Source: Leptospiraceae bacterium (GTDB lineage Bacteria > Spirochaetota > Leptospiria > Leptospirales > Leptonemataceae). Taken from it: DNA of 64,000 bases. The stretch covers positions 96,001 to 160,000 of the forward strand of contig JAVJNR010000006.1 of assembly GCA_040217195.1 (NCBI GenBank), written 5' to 3'. Below the pieces are notes generated by a model that was not told the DNA's origin, searched no databases, and was given only the letters and a program-made list of their open reading frames with translations. Below, piece by piece: positions 48,677 to 58,078 of the stretch. Position numbers and translations under genes: made by a program. Numbering within the stretch: the stretch's first letter is position 1; each line of letters begins with the position of its first letter.

Positions 48677-50922
48677 GGGCTGTAGGAGCACCCGGAACAG
48701 CTGGAGTGCTGCTCATATCCAGTCTGAGACATACACATGGATCGTTCCCACATGCACAGATAATGATCAGCAGAGTTCCGAAGAGCATCCGTGTAAGGTG
48801 TAAAGTTAGGAATATTGTTCTCCATATCCTGCAAGAAGTAGCCTACCAGACCAACGTGTGCAAAGCCATAGACATCAAAGTACTGATTGCCCGAGGACTG
48901 TTGCGCAGGCGCATTCTGACCCATACATCGATCCTGTTCAAACTCATCTTTGAAGTTCAATCCATAGGTGCCCACTGAGAATCGAGGAGCCGCCTGCTTT
49001 GCAGGAGTATTGAAATCGGTGCCAAGTCCTACCGGTATTCCATGGTCTACGGCATCGGCCAGTCCCTGGGCAAACATGGAAGAGGAGCCTTCGCAACTAA
49101 CCGGTCCGGCGGGAGTATTACCCTGGTCATCCACATACTGGGTCATTTGATCGGGTCCAGTTCTCAGGCCTACCATGCCCTGGATTTCCTTTAGTTTGGC
49201 CAGTTGAGTATCTGTCAGACCTCTTTCATGCCCTTTATGGTTGGCCGCATGGGAACCGTTGCCCTGCATTCTGCGATGTAACCATCCATGGCTTACATGG
49301 ACCGGATACTTCTGCTGTGAATTGGCGCGAATTCGGCTGCCTCCATCCAGCGGTGCATTTGAGCCTACCAGTGCATCATTCCAGGCTGCTCGACTGATAT
49401 GGGCAAAGTCGATGAGCATCCCTTTTTCTTGCAGCGAATGTAGAAGTTCCCGGCCATCGTTTGTAAGACCGATTGGATTGGGACATACAGTTTCTGTGCC
49501 ATCATTGTAGCAGGCATGGGGATCCAGAGCTCCTCCAGATTTGGCCAGTTCAAACCATTTTTGCAGCCTGATTAAACTGATATCTCCATCTCTCCAGTTA
49601 CCGTTGTTGATTCGGACATAGTCATTGGAGAATAAACTATCGCACCATTTACCAGACTGCACCAGTTTGTACTTATTGGAAATCTTATCGCATCGATTCT
49701 TGCGACAGAGGCATAGATCCTTTCCTTTTTCAAATGCAGTGTTCACGTTATAGAGAAAGTTATAGGCTGCCTGGAAATTCGCCTCCCCGGAAAACCGATT
49801 GGGTGCATGAGCCACCATTTGAAAAGATCTTACCCCTTCCTGGTGCAGTTTATCCAGGCCCCATTGCCAGTCATATCTTGCTTTAAAAGCAGCGCACTCT
49901 GACCTTACATCTGGATCAGATGTGCAACTGGCCAGACCTGGATCAATTCCATAGATGGCTTTAATTTGTTTGTGATAGTTCACCAGGTCGGTGTAGGTGG
50001 ATGGACCATGTCCGTTCTGATAGTCCAGATGTGTTCCCAGGGCTTCATTCAGCTCAACTGCAAGTAATATCGCATGGCCTCCATTTTCGATCACCTGACG
50101 AGCCTGAGCCGGTGAAGTTACTACCTGAATTTGATTGCTCAATGCAGCCAGTGCCTTAATCCCATCCAACTGACGAATGAGTGAAAGCCATTCGTGCTCT
50201 TTGCGATTGCATGTTAGGCTGGGATCCTTGTTGTCCGGATCCAGTACCATGCAGAATGGAAAGTATTCTACAGCGGAGGCTACCTGAAGTTTGTACCCAT
50301 CCTGTATGGCATTTTCCAGCCATGGTAGATACATTTGCTGATGAGCCATTCCATGCCAGATAGGCCAATCCTGGCTACGAACCTGTGGATGATTGCCGGT
50401 ATCGGTATCCTTAAAGAAAAGTGGCCAATCGCCTTGAAAAATTCCGCTAAGATCGTCAGCGTTACCCACTACATTTTCGCCACTAAGATTTTTGATCGCA
50501 CCGAACATACCAGACACTATAGCCTGGTGGATATCCGTTAGATCCAGGTATCCGTGGTTTCCTCCACAGTTGGTCTGACCTGGGCCATGGAAGTGCGCAG
50601 GATCGCCAAAAAGCCAGGCGCCTCCACCTAGATGATGACCCATCAGGTGAGTATGGAGGTCTACCATACCATAATTTTGAGTACTGGTAACGGATTTCTG
50701 GATAGCGACATCAGGCGCTTCCTTTACAGACTCACTGGATTCTGTGGATTCCTTTTCGTCTGAACTGTCGGCCGTTGCAGGCTTCATTCCGTTTCGGTCT
50801 TGTTCTTCAGCAGAAGGTGCCAGTACGCTTAACAGGGCTGCATCTTCCGTTGAGTTGGATTTATTGCAGGCTGCCATTAGAGCAATACTCATAATCGCAG
50901 CCAGCTTCCAGATTTGTTTCAT
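48673..50922 (-). CDS. Amidohydrolase / membrane dipeptidase (M19) family lipoprotein
   Basis: MKQIWKLAAIMSIALMAA-C; DLHTH, GLTNDGRELL, GMLIDFAH, VSHG, GLGTDFN, GFAHVGL. Confidence 0.82.
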   Translation of the reverse strand: MKQIWKLAAIMSIALMAACNKSNSTEDAALLSVLAPSAEEQDRNGMKPATADSSDEKESTESSESVKEAPDVAIQKSVTSTQNYGMVDLHTHLMGHHLGGGAWLFGDPAHFHGPGQTNCGGNHGYLDLTDIHQAIVSGMFGAIKNLSGENVVGNADDLSGIFQGDWPLFFKDTDTGNHPQVRSQDWPIWHGMAHQQMYLPWLENAIQDGYKLQVASAVEYFPFCMVLDPDNKDPSLTCNRKEHEWLSLIRQLDGIKALAALSNQIQVVTSPAQARQVIENGGHAILLAVELNEALGTHLDYQNGHGPSTYTDLVNYHKQIKAIYGIDPGLASCTSDPDVRSECAAFKARYDWQWGLDKLHQEGVRSFQMVAHAPNRFSGEANFQAAYNFLYNVNTAFEKGKDLCLCRKNRCDKISNKYKLVQSGKWCDSLFSNDYVRINNGNWRDGDISLIRLQKWFELAKSGGALDPHACYNDGTETVCPNPIGLTNDGRELLHSLQEKGMLIDFAHISRAAWNDALVGSNAPLDGGSRIRANSQQKYPVHVSHGWLHRRMQGNGSHAANHKGHERGLTDTQLAKLKEIQGMVGLRTGPDQMTQYVDDQGNTPAGPVSCEGSSSMFAQGLADAVDHGIPVGLGTDFNTPAKQAAPRFSVGTYGLNFKDEFEQDRCMGQNAPAQQSSGNQYFDVYGFAHVGLVGYFLQDMENNIPNFTPYTDALRNSADHYLCMWERSMCMSQTGYEQHSSCSGCSYSP

Positions 50923-51042
50923 CGTCTCCCCCCGGAGCTCAAAGGCTCCTTTTTCTCTATGACCGCGTCGGTCAGTTTCGCATGATTCCGGTTTTACCGG
51001 TTTATATCTGGCCACTGAACTCAGAGGCACTGAGCCTTATAA

Positions 51043-51059
51043 TGCAACCATCGTACCTG
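51043..51059 (-). promoter_or_regulatory. Putative sigma54 (-24/-12) promoter of the M19-family gene
   Basis: Minus strand CAGGTACGATGGTTGCA (GG-N10-GC, TTGCA). Confidence 0.72.
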
Positions 51060-51293
51060 CCCCGGGTCATTTTTTCAGTCAGGATCCGGCTGAGCCGGGG
51101 AGGGCCCATACCAGCCCTGACGGAATGGGAGGTGGACCTGAGAACTGCCTCTATAAGGCTGTACAGCCCAGAATTGCAGGGTTGGAAAAGGATGACCCGG
51201 ACTGGACAGAGGTTCAACGCCTCAAATGCAGCAGCGACTCAGGCTCCGAAGCGGAGCCGATCCGCAGGTTAGCGCTCGATACAGGTCCTTACC

Positions 51294-51345
51294 GTCAGAA
51301 TATTTGGCGTCAGCAAACCTGACCTGTCAGAAATACTGACAGGTC
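51294..51345. promoter_or_regulatory. Tandem enhancer (UAS) array GTCAG-N5-CTGAC
   Basis: GTCAG-aatat-TTGGC, GTCAG-caaac-CTGAC and the perfect GACCTGTCAG-aaata-CTGACAGGTC. Confidence 0.7.
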
Positions 51346-51479
51346 TTTTGACGGGTAATGCCCCCTGGAAAATTGACTTGGGCCGGGCCTTCATAACGCT
51401 ACAATTGTCTTGTCAGAATCAGGGGCGGATTTACACCCAGGTATAGTGTTTCTGCGAATTTTCCAGAATAGGGGGGAGA

Positions 51480-54002
51480 ATGTTCTGGATTCATACCATG
51501 ATGGCGGCGCACGCTCTGGCCTGCGCTGTGTTAATACCGGTGCTGGTGCTTCTTGCCAGAAAGATCGGTAAGAATAAGACCGAGTGGGCCTTCATGGCTA
51601 TGCTCATCTGCCTCATTGTTTGGCTACTTTGCAATGCCATATCTAAATGGCTCATTTTCTTCTATGGTATCGAAATACCAGTTATTCCATCCATTGGTGG
51701 GCTGGCCAGCCTTGGCCTGGGATTGGCATTCTATCTGGTATGCGAGTTCCTGCATGAACCTCGGCCTCCCCGTCACAGGCTCTACCGTCTGGTTGCGGCT
51801 TCCATCGGTTCGGTAATAGTTGCTCCCACCTTCTTTCTGAAGCAATGGATTCATCACCGTGAGGTAGTGGATGATTTAATTGTATTTCATTATGGGCCTC
51901 TTTTTCCGGTGACCAGTGGATGGATCATGCTTCTGGTACTCGGTGGAATTTCTCTGCTGCTATATCGGTACAAATATATTATTCGTAATGAGCGTCAGAA
52001 AACCCATATTCGATTGCTAATCCTGGGAACTTTCATATCTCTTCTCTTTGTATATGTGTGCTCCGTCTTTCTTCCATTGATGGATAACTTCATCCTGGAT
52101 AACATTGGTCCGCCCGCTACTCTGGTTTTACTTTCGCTACTGATCTATTCAATTCTATTTCACGGCTTATTCGATCTTCGCACATTCTGGCTCAGATTGA
52201 GCTTATCTGGATCGGTGGTTGTGGCAGGGGCTGTATTTCTCGGGCTTGCAGTGGGCTATCTTTTGAAGACCCTGGGGTCCAATGGCTCCGAATTTCACAC
52301 TACGATCCTGATCGTGCTTTCTGCTCTGGGTATCGCTTATGGCCGATTCGTAGAGCCAGGAATCAGGCAACGTCTATTTCCTTCACCTCCTGGAGTGGAA
52401 GATGTAATCTCTTCTCTTTTTCATGCGGAACGGGAGCTTTCCAGGGAAAATCTACATCCAGCATTGGAACGAATTCTTAGAGCATTAAATCGCGCTATTG
52501 ATTTTAGAAATGGATTTATTCTATGCGTGGATAGGAATGCCTCCTTGCGCCTTTTCCATCGAGGCCCGGTTTCCAGCTCCGCAAGGCGTATTCTTGAACA
52601 ACTGTTTCGTAGATTTAGAGGTCCGCAGCCCACGGATGCAGCCGCACTTACCTACCTTGACCGTACCATAGTTCTGGAGCGCGGGCTGGATGTTCCAGCA
52701 CTGGCAGACTCTGAGTTTCGAAAACGCTATCCCCGGTTAGCGTCGCGGATGGACCAGGCGTTTCAATTTCTACTTGAGGAACGATTTAAGCTACTCATAC
52801 CATTGCTTTATGACGGTCGATGGGTGGGGCTCATTGCACTGGGACAGAAAAGGGATGAATCCCCCTATTTCCAGCAAGAAGTATCTCTCATTGAAGCGTT
52901 ACGATTGTCTCTGGCTCTATTTCTTCACAATCAAGTCTACTACCTGGATCTGGAACAGCGCCGAAAAAGAGCAGAATCAGAAGCAGAAAGGTTATCGGAA
53001 TTTCTGGCAGATACTAGAGTACATCGAAAGAAGCTTCCAGAACATACATTGATATATCGCAGTCCTTTGATGCATGCGGCCATTGACAGTGTGCAGCGGG
53101 CCTCCGGCAGCAATCGGCCGGTGCTGGTAACTGGAGAAACAGGCACCGGTAAGGAATTGATGGCAAGACTGATTCACGATACGGATAGATCGGACCGTCC
53201 ATTCGTAGTTGTGAATTGCGCTGCCATTCCTGCTCATTTACTGGAGGATGAGATTTTTGGACACGTCAAGGGAGCTTTCACCGATGCCCGTTCTGACCGG
53301 GTGGGAAAAGCTCAGCAGGCAGCCGATGGAACTCTGTTTTTCGATGAAATTGGCGAAATGCCTATGGAACTGCAGGCAAAACTGCTGCGGCTCCTTCAAG
53401 ATGGGTCCTACAGTCCACTGGGAGACAACAGTACCGTTCGAGCGAATTGTCGCTTCATATTTGCTACGAACCGTGATCTTACAGAAAGCATAGAAGAAGG
53501 CATTTTTCGCGAAGATCTATATTACCGGATCAATGCATTTTCTATTGATCTGCCTCCCTTGCGACAAAGAAAAGAGGACATTCCGGTGCTCATCGATCAC
53601 TTGCGTGTTGAAATGTCTGCGGAGCTGGGTAGAAACGTTCCCGATATTGACGGTCCGGCCATGCAGGCATTAAGTGCATTTCCCTGGCCTGGAAATATAA
53701 GACAGCTTGAAAATGTCCTGCTTCGCACACTGGCCGCCACCGATGGATCCCTGATTGAACTTTCCGATCTGCCTACAGATCTGGTTTCCACTGCGGAGGC
53801 AATGACCCGGGGAGCTCCGGAAGCCGCTTCCCATGAAGAGTTCCTGTTTGATCGTCCTCTGGGTGAGATGATCGAAGACTTTACTCGCAGGGTGATTCAG
53901 GCAGCCCTGGATCAGACCAATGGAAATCGAACCAGGGCTGCAGAGGTTCTGGGAATGGGACGCACGGCGCTTCTTTACAGGATGAAGCAACTTGGACTCT
54001 AG
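51480..54002 (+). CDS. Membrane-anchored sigma54-dependent activator (multi-TM, GAF-like, AAA+, HTH)
   Basis: About 9 TM helices (HisKA_7TM-like), LIALGQKRDESPY GAF-like segment, GETGTGKE, GAFTDA, FFDEIGE, WPGNIRQLEN, Fis HTH. Confidence 0.9.
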   Translation: MFWIHTMMAAHALACAVLIPVLVLLARKIGKNKTEWAFMAMLICLIVWLLCNAISKWLIFFYGIEIPVIPSIGGLASLGLGLAFYLVCEFLHEPRPPRHRLYRLVAASIGSVIVAPTFFLKQWIHHREVVDDLIVFHYGPLFPVTSGWIMLLVLGGISLLLYRYKYIIRNERQKTHIRLLILGTFISLLFVYVCSVFLPLMDNFILDNIGPPATLVLLSLLIYSILFHGLFDLRTFWLRLSLSGSVVVAGAVFLGLAVGYLLKTLGSNGSEFHTTILIVLSALGIAYGRFVEPGIRQRLFPSPPGVEDVISSLFHAERELSRENLHPALERILRALNRAIDFRNGFILCVDRNASLRLFHRGPVSSSARRILEQLFRRFRGPQPTDAAALTYLDRTIVLERGLDVPALADSEFRKRYPRLASRMDQAFQFLLEERFKLLIPLLYDGRWVGLIALGQKRDESPYFQQEVSLIEALRLSLALFLHNQVYYLDLEQRRKRAESEAERLSEFLADTRVHRKKLPEHTLIYRSPLMHAAIDSVQRASGSNRPVLVTGETGTGKELMARLIHDTDRSDRPFVVVNCAAIPAHLLEDEIFGHVKGAFTDARSDRVGKAQQAADGTLFFDEIGEMPMELQAKLLRLLQDGSYSPLGDNSTVRANCRFIFATNRDLTESIEEGIFREDLYYRINAFSIDLPPLRQRKEDIPVLIDHLRVEMSAELGRNVPDIDGPAMQALSAFPWPGNIRQLENVLLRTLAATDGSLIELSDLPTDLVSTAEAMTRGAPEAASHEEFLFDRPLGEMIEDFTRRVIQAALDQTNGNRTRAAEVLGMGRTALLYRMKQLGL

Positions 54003-54020
54003 CCCGCGTCTATCCCTGGC

Positions 54021-55883
54021 TTAATAATTGAATGTATTGGTTAGGCGGCCGTCTTTGTCATACAATTTGGCACGATAGAAGCGACCTTCTTCGTAAAATC
54101 GTTCCGTTCGATGGGTTCCCAGGCCATTTTCGGCTGGATTTCCGTCTCGGTCAAAGAAGGCTTCTTCGCTCGTGGCCCCAAACGGAGTGTACTCAATTCT
54201 TATTTCATGGACCGAAACCTGTCCTACGTGCATCGGTTTTCCCTCTTTGTCGAAGTACTTGATGTTGGTAATATATCCACGGTCATCCCAGGAGAACTTG
54301 TGTTTGTGGTAATTGATCCTGGGGTAAGTCACCGGTTTATGTTTTTCATCGAGCAGATAAAACTCTTCCGGCCATCCCTGGGCATTCTGTACAATTTTTT
54401 CGCAACTCGCACCGTTTGTGCCAGAGTGCGGCTTTTCTTTTTGATCCAGGTGACAACTAATTCTGATCCCGGGCTCAGGATACTCAAAAGTTTGTATATA
54501 ATGGTCCGAATCCGTATCTGGATGGCTGCCCGGTTCCTCTCTGGCATTCAAAAACCGCACCTGTACTAATTGACCATTACTGTACTCTGATATTTCGACC
54601 GGGGCAAACAGATTCGGTTTTCCTGCAAGCTCATCATTTGCATTGTGGGAGCGAACTTCGATTACCCGGTGCTCTTTGTCTTGCTTCCAGGTGCGACGGG
54701 CGAAACCTTTATTCTCATCTTCGAATAGATTGCCATCGGTAGCGATAAAAGCGGCCTCCACTATATAACCATTCTCATATTTCCTGGTATGTTTGTGCCA
54801 CCCCTGCTCACAGGCCGTGGCCTTCTCATTGTTCCAGCAGGAGTACTCTAGAAGTTCCCCGAAACCGCCGGTGGATGTTTCGATTCTGTTTACATCGGGT
54901 AGTGTATTCCCTTTGCGATTCAAGAATTCCAATGTCATTGATTTCTGGGCCGGCAGACCTGTTCTCTTTAGATCAGTATAATTCTCCTCTTCGGTAGCAA
55001 AGGCCGGCTTACCTTCTTCGTCCAGGTACTGAACCAATACATAGTTCTCTCCATAGGTATATTTGATCTGAAAGTAGGGACTGGATTTTCCAAATGGAAC
55101 GGCTTTGCCATCCTTGTCGAAGCACTTTTCGAGAGAAATGCTCTCATTGGTGTACTCGGAACGAATTTCATGGCAATCCCTCGCAGAGAGGGATGCCGGC
55201 TTGCCTTCTTTGTCGAATGCTTTGCGGGATACCTCCTTTCCAGCTTCGTAACTGTATTCAATTCTATGGGGAAAAAGGAAGTAAGGATCAAAGGGCTCAC
55301 CAGTTGCGTCGAATCTGCTTTCCGCCTTTACTTTGCCATTCTGCAGTTCCTCTATTATTGCATGGGTTCCGCGAAATCTATCCGCTATTGGAGTCCCCTC
55401 CAGGCCCTGATATTTGAAAGACCGCACCTCTGAAGTGTTCGCATAGAAGCTTGCCAGAGTGGCTTCCCTTGGATTGTTCTGCACGACTCCAGTGGAAGTG
55501 GTGTAGTAAACCAGTACACCTGTAGGACCCGGGCGGCCATGCACCATCGACACAGAGTTAGGATCTACGGCCGGGACACCCGAAGTTAATAAAAGTTGAT
55601 AGCTGATCAGGCCTTCTTTGAAGGGTTCAATGGGCTTCCAGCCTCGAATGGCAAAGGGATCTTCGGAAGGATGGGCCATCCGGATTTCTTGAATTTCTTC
55701 GACTGATCCAAAAAAGCTGCGTTTGAACAGATAGTAATGGGTCTCCCTGGTGGTTTCTTCCAATTCATCCACGCCGACAATTCCTTCATCACTCCATGTG
55801 ATACCTTTGTAGGCCTGGTCTGAGCAGGAGAGAATTGTAAAAGAGAATAGAACAAGGGTAGCTAAGAAAGTCCATCGGATCAT
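54021..55883 (-). CDS. Lipoprotein with YD/RHS-like beta-hairpin repeats
   Basis: ILS-C lipobox; recurring FDxxGxP units (FDATGEP, FDKEGKP, FDKDGKA, LDEEGKP, FDRDGNP). Confidence 0.75.
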   Translation of the reverse strand: MIRWTFLATLVLFSFTILSCSDQAYKGITWSDEGIVGVDELEETTRETHYYLFKRSFFGSVEEIQEIRMAHPSEDPFAIRGWKPIEPFKEGLISYQLLLTSGVPAVDPNSVSMVHGRPGPTGVLVYYTTSTGVVQNNPREATLASFYANTSEVRSFKYQGLEGTPIADRFRGTHAIIEELQNGKVKAESRFDATGEPFDPYFLFPHRIEYSYEAGKEVSRKAFDKEGKPASLSARDCHEIRSEYTNESISLEKCFDKDGKAVPFGKSSPYFQIKYTYGENYVLVQYLDEEGKPAFATEEENYTDLKRTGLPAQKSMTLEFLNRKGNTLPDVNRIETSTGGFGELLEYSCWNNEKATACEQGWHKHTRKYENGYIVEAAFIATDGNLFEDENKGFARRTWKQDKEHRVIEVRSHNANDELAGKPNLFAPVEISEYSNGQLVQVRFLNAREEPGSHPDTDSDHYIQTFEYPEPGIRISCHLDQKEKPHSGTNGASCEKIVQNAQGWPEEFYLLDEKHKPVTYPRINYHKHKFSWDDRGYITNIKYFDKEGKPMHVGQVSVHEIRIEYTPFGATSEEAFFDRDGNPAENGLGTHRTERFYEEGRFYRAKLYDKDGRLTNTFNY

Positions 55884-55976
55884 AAGTATATTTAGATTTT
55901 ATCAATTGGTCTGTAAACGAATTTATATATATGCGATTGGATTAGATAGCGGAGGATTGTAGGCTCGAATATCTAC

Positions 55977-56003
55977 AAAAAAGCCCGACGGATGCCGGGC
56001 TTT
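55977..56003 (-). terminator. Intrinsic terminator of fbaB
   Basis: Minus strand AAAGCCCGGC-atcc-GTCGGGCTTTTTT. Confidence 0.85.
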
Positions 56004-56080
56004 CAGGAGGGATACGCTGAAGTGTCTGTTACCAGTGTATCGAGTATCCAATTTGAATTGTACTAAATCCAATCTTTCTA

Positions 56081-57133
56081 TCAGGCCACTGTAATGTCTT
56101 TATTTAGATACACATCCTGGATGGAGTTCAGAAGCTCCACGCCCTCTTTCATAGGACGCTGAAAAGCCTTTCGGCCGGAAATCAAACCGGTTCCGCCAGC
56201 GCGCTTATTGATGACTGCGGTTCGCACTGCATCGGCCAGGTCGCTAGCACCTTTGGACTCTCCACCAGAATTGATAAGACCGGCTCGGCCTGCGTAGCAA
56301 TTCATTACCTGATAGCGGCAAAGATCGATTGGATGGTCGGAAGAAAGTTCGGAATAGACCTTTTCATGAGTCTTCCCGAATTTAACTGCATTGTATCCGC
56401 CATTATTGGTAGCGAGCTTCTGCTTTATGATATCGGCCTGGATGGTCACTCCCAGGTGATTCGCCTGACCGGTGAGGTCCGCTGCAGTATGGTAATCCTT
56501 GTCCTTCTTGAACTCGTTGTTTCGCAGATAGCACCATAGGACTGTAGCCATGCCCAGTTCATGAGCATGCTGAAACGCCTCTGCAACTTCTATGATCTGA
56601 CGGCTGGATTCTTCAGAGCCAAAGTAGATGGTTGCCCCTACTGCAGTGGCTCCCAGATTCCAGGCTTCCTCAACGTTACCGAACATGATCTGATCGTACT
56701 GGTTGGGGTATCGTAACAGATCATTGTGATTGATTTTTACCAGGAATGGAATCCTGTGCGCATACTTTCGCGCAACACTTCCCAGTACCCCATAGGTAGT
56801 TGCCACCGCATTGCATCCGCCTTCAATGGCCAACTTGATAATATTTTCCGGGTCAAAGTAATCTGGATTGGGTGCGAAGGAGGCTCCTGCTGAGTGCTCG
56901 ATTCCCTGGTCTACAGGAAGGATGGAAACGTATCCTGTGCCAGCCAGTCGGCCATGATTGAATAGCTGTCCCAGGGATCGAATGACCTGAGGGTTACGAT
57001 CTGAGCCTACCCAGACTCGATCCATGAAATCTGGACCTGGCACATGCAGGCTTTCTTTTTTTATCCTGGGAGTATGATTCAGGATGCTATCTGCATCACC
57101 TCCGAGCATTTCTTTGATTTTTGCTGTATCCAT
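56081..57133 (-). CDS. fbaB: Class I fructose-bisphosphate aldolase (DhnA type)
   Basis: [53 protein letters not shown]. Confidence 0.96.
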   Translation of the reverse strand: MDTAKIKEMLGGDADSILNHTPRIKKESLHVPGPDFMDRVWVGSDRNPQVIRSLGQLFNHGRLAGTGYVSILPVDQGIEHSAGASFAPNPDYFDPENIIKLAIEGGCNAVATTYGVLGSVARKYAHRIPFLVKINHNDLLRYPNQYDQIMFGNVEEAWNLGATAVGATIYFGSEESSRQIIEVAEAFQHAHELGMATVLWCYLRNNEFKKDKDYHTAADLTGQANHLGVTIQADIIKQKLATNNGGYNAVKFGKTHEKVYSELSSDHPIDLCRYQVMNCYAGRAGLINSGGESKGASDLADAVRTAVINKRAGGTGLISGRKAFQRPMKEGVELLNSIQDVYLNKDITVA

Positions 57134-57217
57134 ATTGCTTTCCTTTTTCCTGGTCTCCTCGAGACGTTAATCGAGACTAAATCTGGCTCAGGGCCCGCCT
57201 GAGAGAGCACAGGCTGC

Positions 57218-57835
57218 TTATTTCAGGGCTTCTGCGCTAATTCCTTCATTTTGAGACTTTGGGTAGATCTCCAATTCTACCTGATCGTTTAATCCGCCTT
57301 TCATTTTTTCTTCAGCGGCTTCAATGGTGGTGCGATTGAGTTTCAGAACATATTCGCCGGATTCAAAGATTTTCTGACTGGTGGTGATTCTATTTCCGGC
57401 TTCAGTGGTTTCGCTTTCAGGGCCTGCGTTTACTGCAGGTTCGGCCAGGTTAAAGCTGGTTTTGATATCAGCAACAAAGGTATCTACTGCTTCGGTTGTA
57501 TCCCTGCGTTGAACCCGGGCAATGGCCAGTTTTCCTTTGTTTAGATACAATCGCAGAGTGTAGGGCTCTTCTGGCATTTCTGCATCCGCAAAAAGGTCCG
57601 AAGCCTCGATTTCGGGATCATTGGATACCGGATAAGAAAGTACTACCTGATCTTCAGAGTCGCTTATCAGAGTCCATCCATCCGCAGTTAACCTTGATAT
57701 GGCTACATCGCCCTGGTCTCCCCAGGCAAAAGCAGCCGGTCCTGGCACAGGTGGCGAGATCTTGGTTTCAGTACAGCTGAACAGTAGGGCAGAGAAGGCC
57801 AGTGGCAGAATTCTCCATTTGGTAAGGTCTATCAT
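57218..57835 (-). CDS. Hypothetical lipoprotein
   Basis: ALLFS-C lipobox; acidic mature protein. Confidence 0.7.
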   Translation of the reverse strand: MIDLTKWRILPLAFSALLFSCTETKISPPVPGPAAFAWGDQGDVAISRLTADGWTLISDSEDQVVLSYPVSNDPEIEASDLFADAEMPEEPYTLRLYLNKGKLAIARVQRRDTTEAVDTFVADIKTSFNLAEPAVNAGPESETTEAGNRITTSQKIFESGEYVLKLNRTTIEAAEEKMKGGLNDQVELEIYPKSQNEGISAEALK

Positions 57836-58078
57836 TGCATCCTACATCCATGCGAATCCGGGCTCCTTCAAGCCTTTTTCAATTCCGTCTTTCTAATCGT
57901 CTGCCGACCAGGAATTTTGGAGAGTCGCTGCAGGCTTCGCCTATGGCGGATTTGCCAGGGCGGGGCCCATGGGCCAAAAACCGCCGGGTTTTCCGGGAAA
58001 AACCGTCCTTATATAGTAAAAAAGGAATTGCATCCACACAATCTTAATGAGACATAATCCATTTGCAGAGGATTCATC

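Noticed and set aside
50923..51030. Upstream extension of the M19 ORF
   Set aside because: MKQIWK at 50922 has an RBS and a canonical signal; the extension falls in the predicted 5' UTR.
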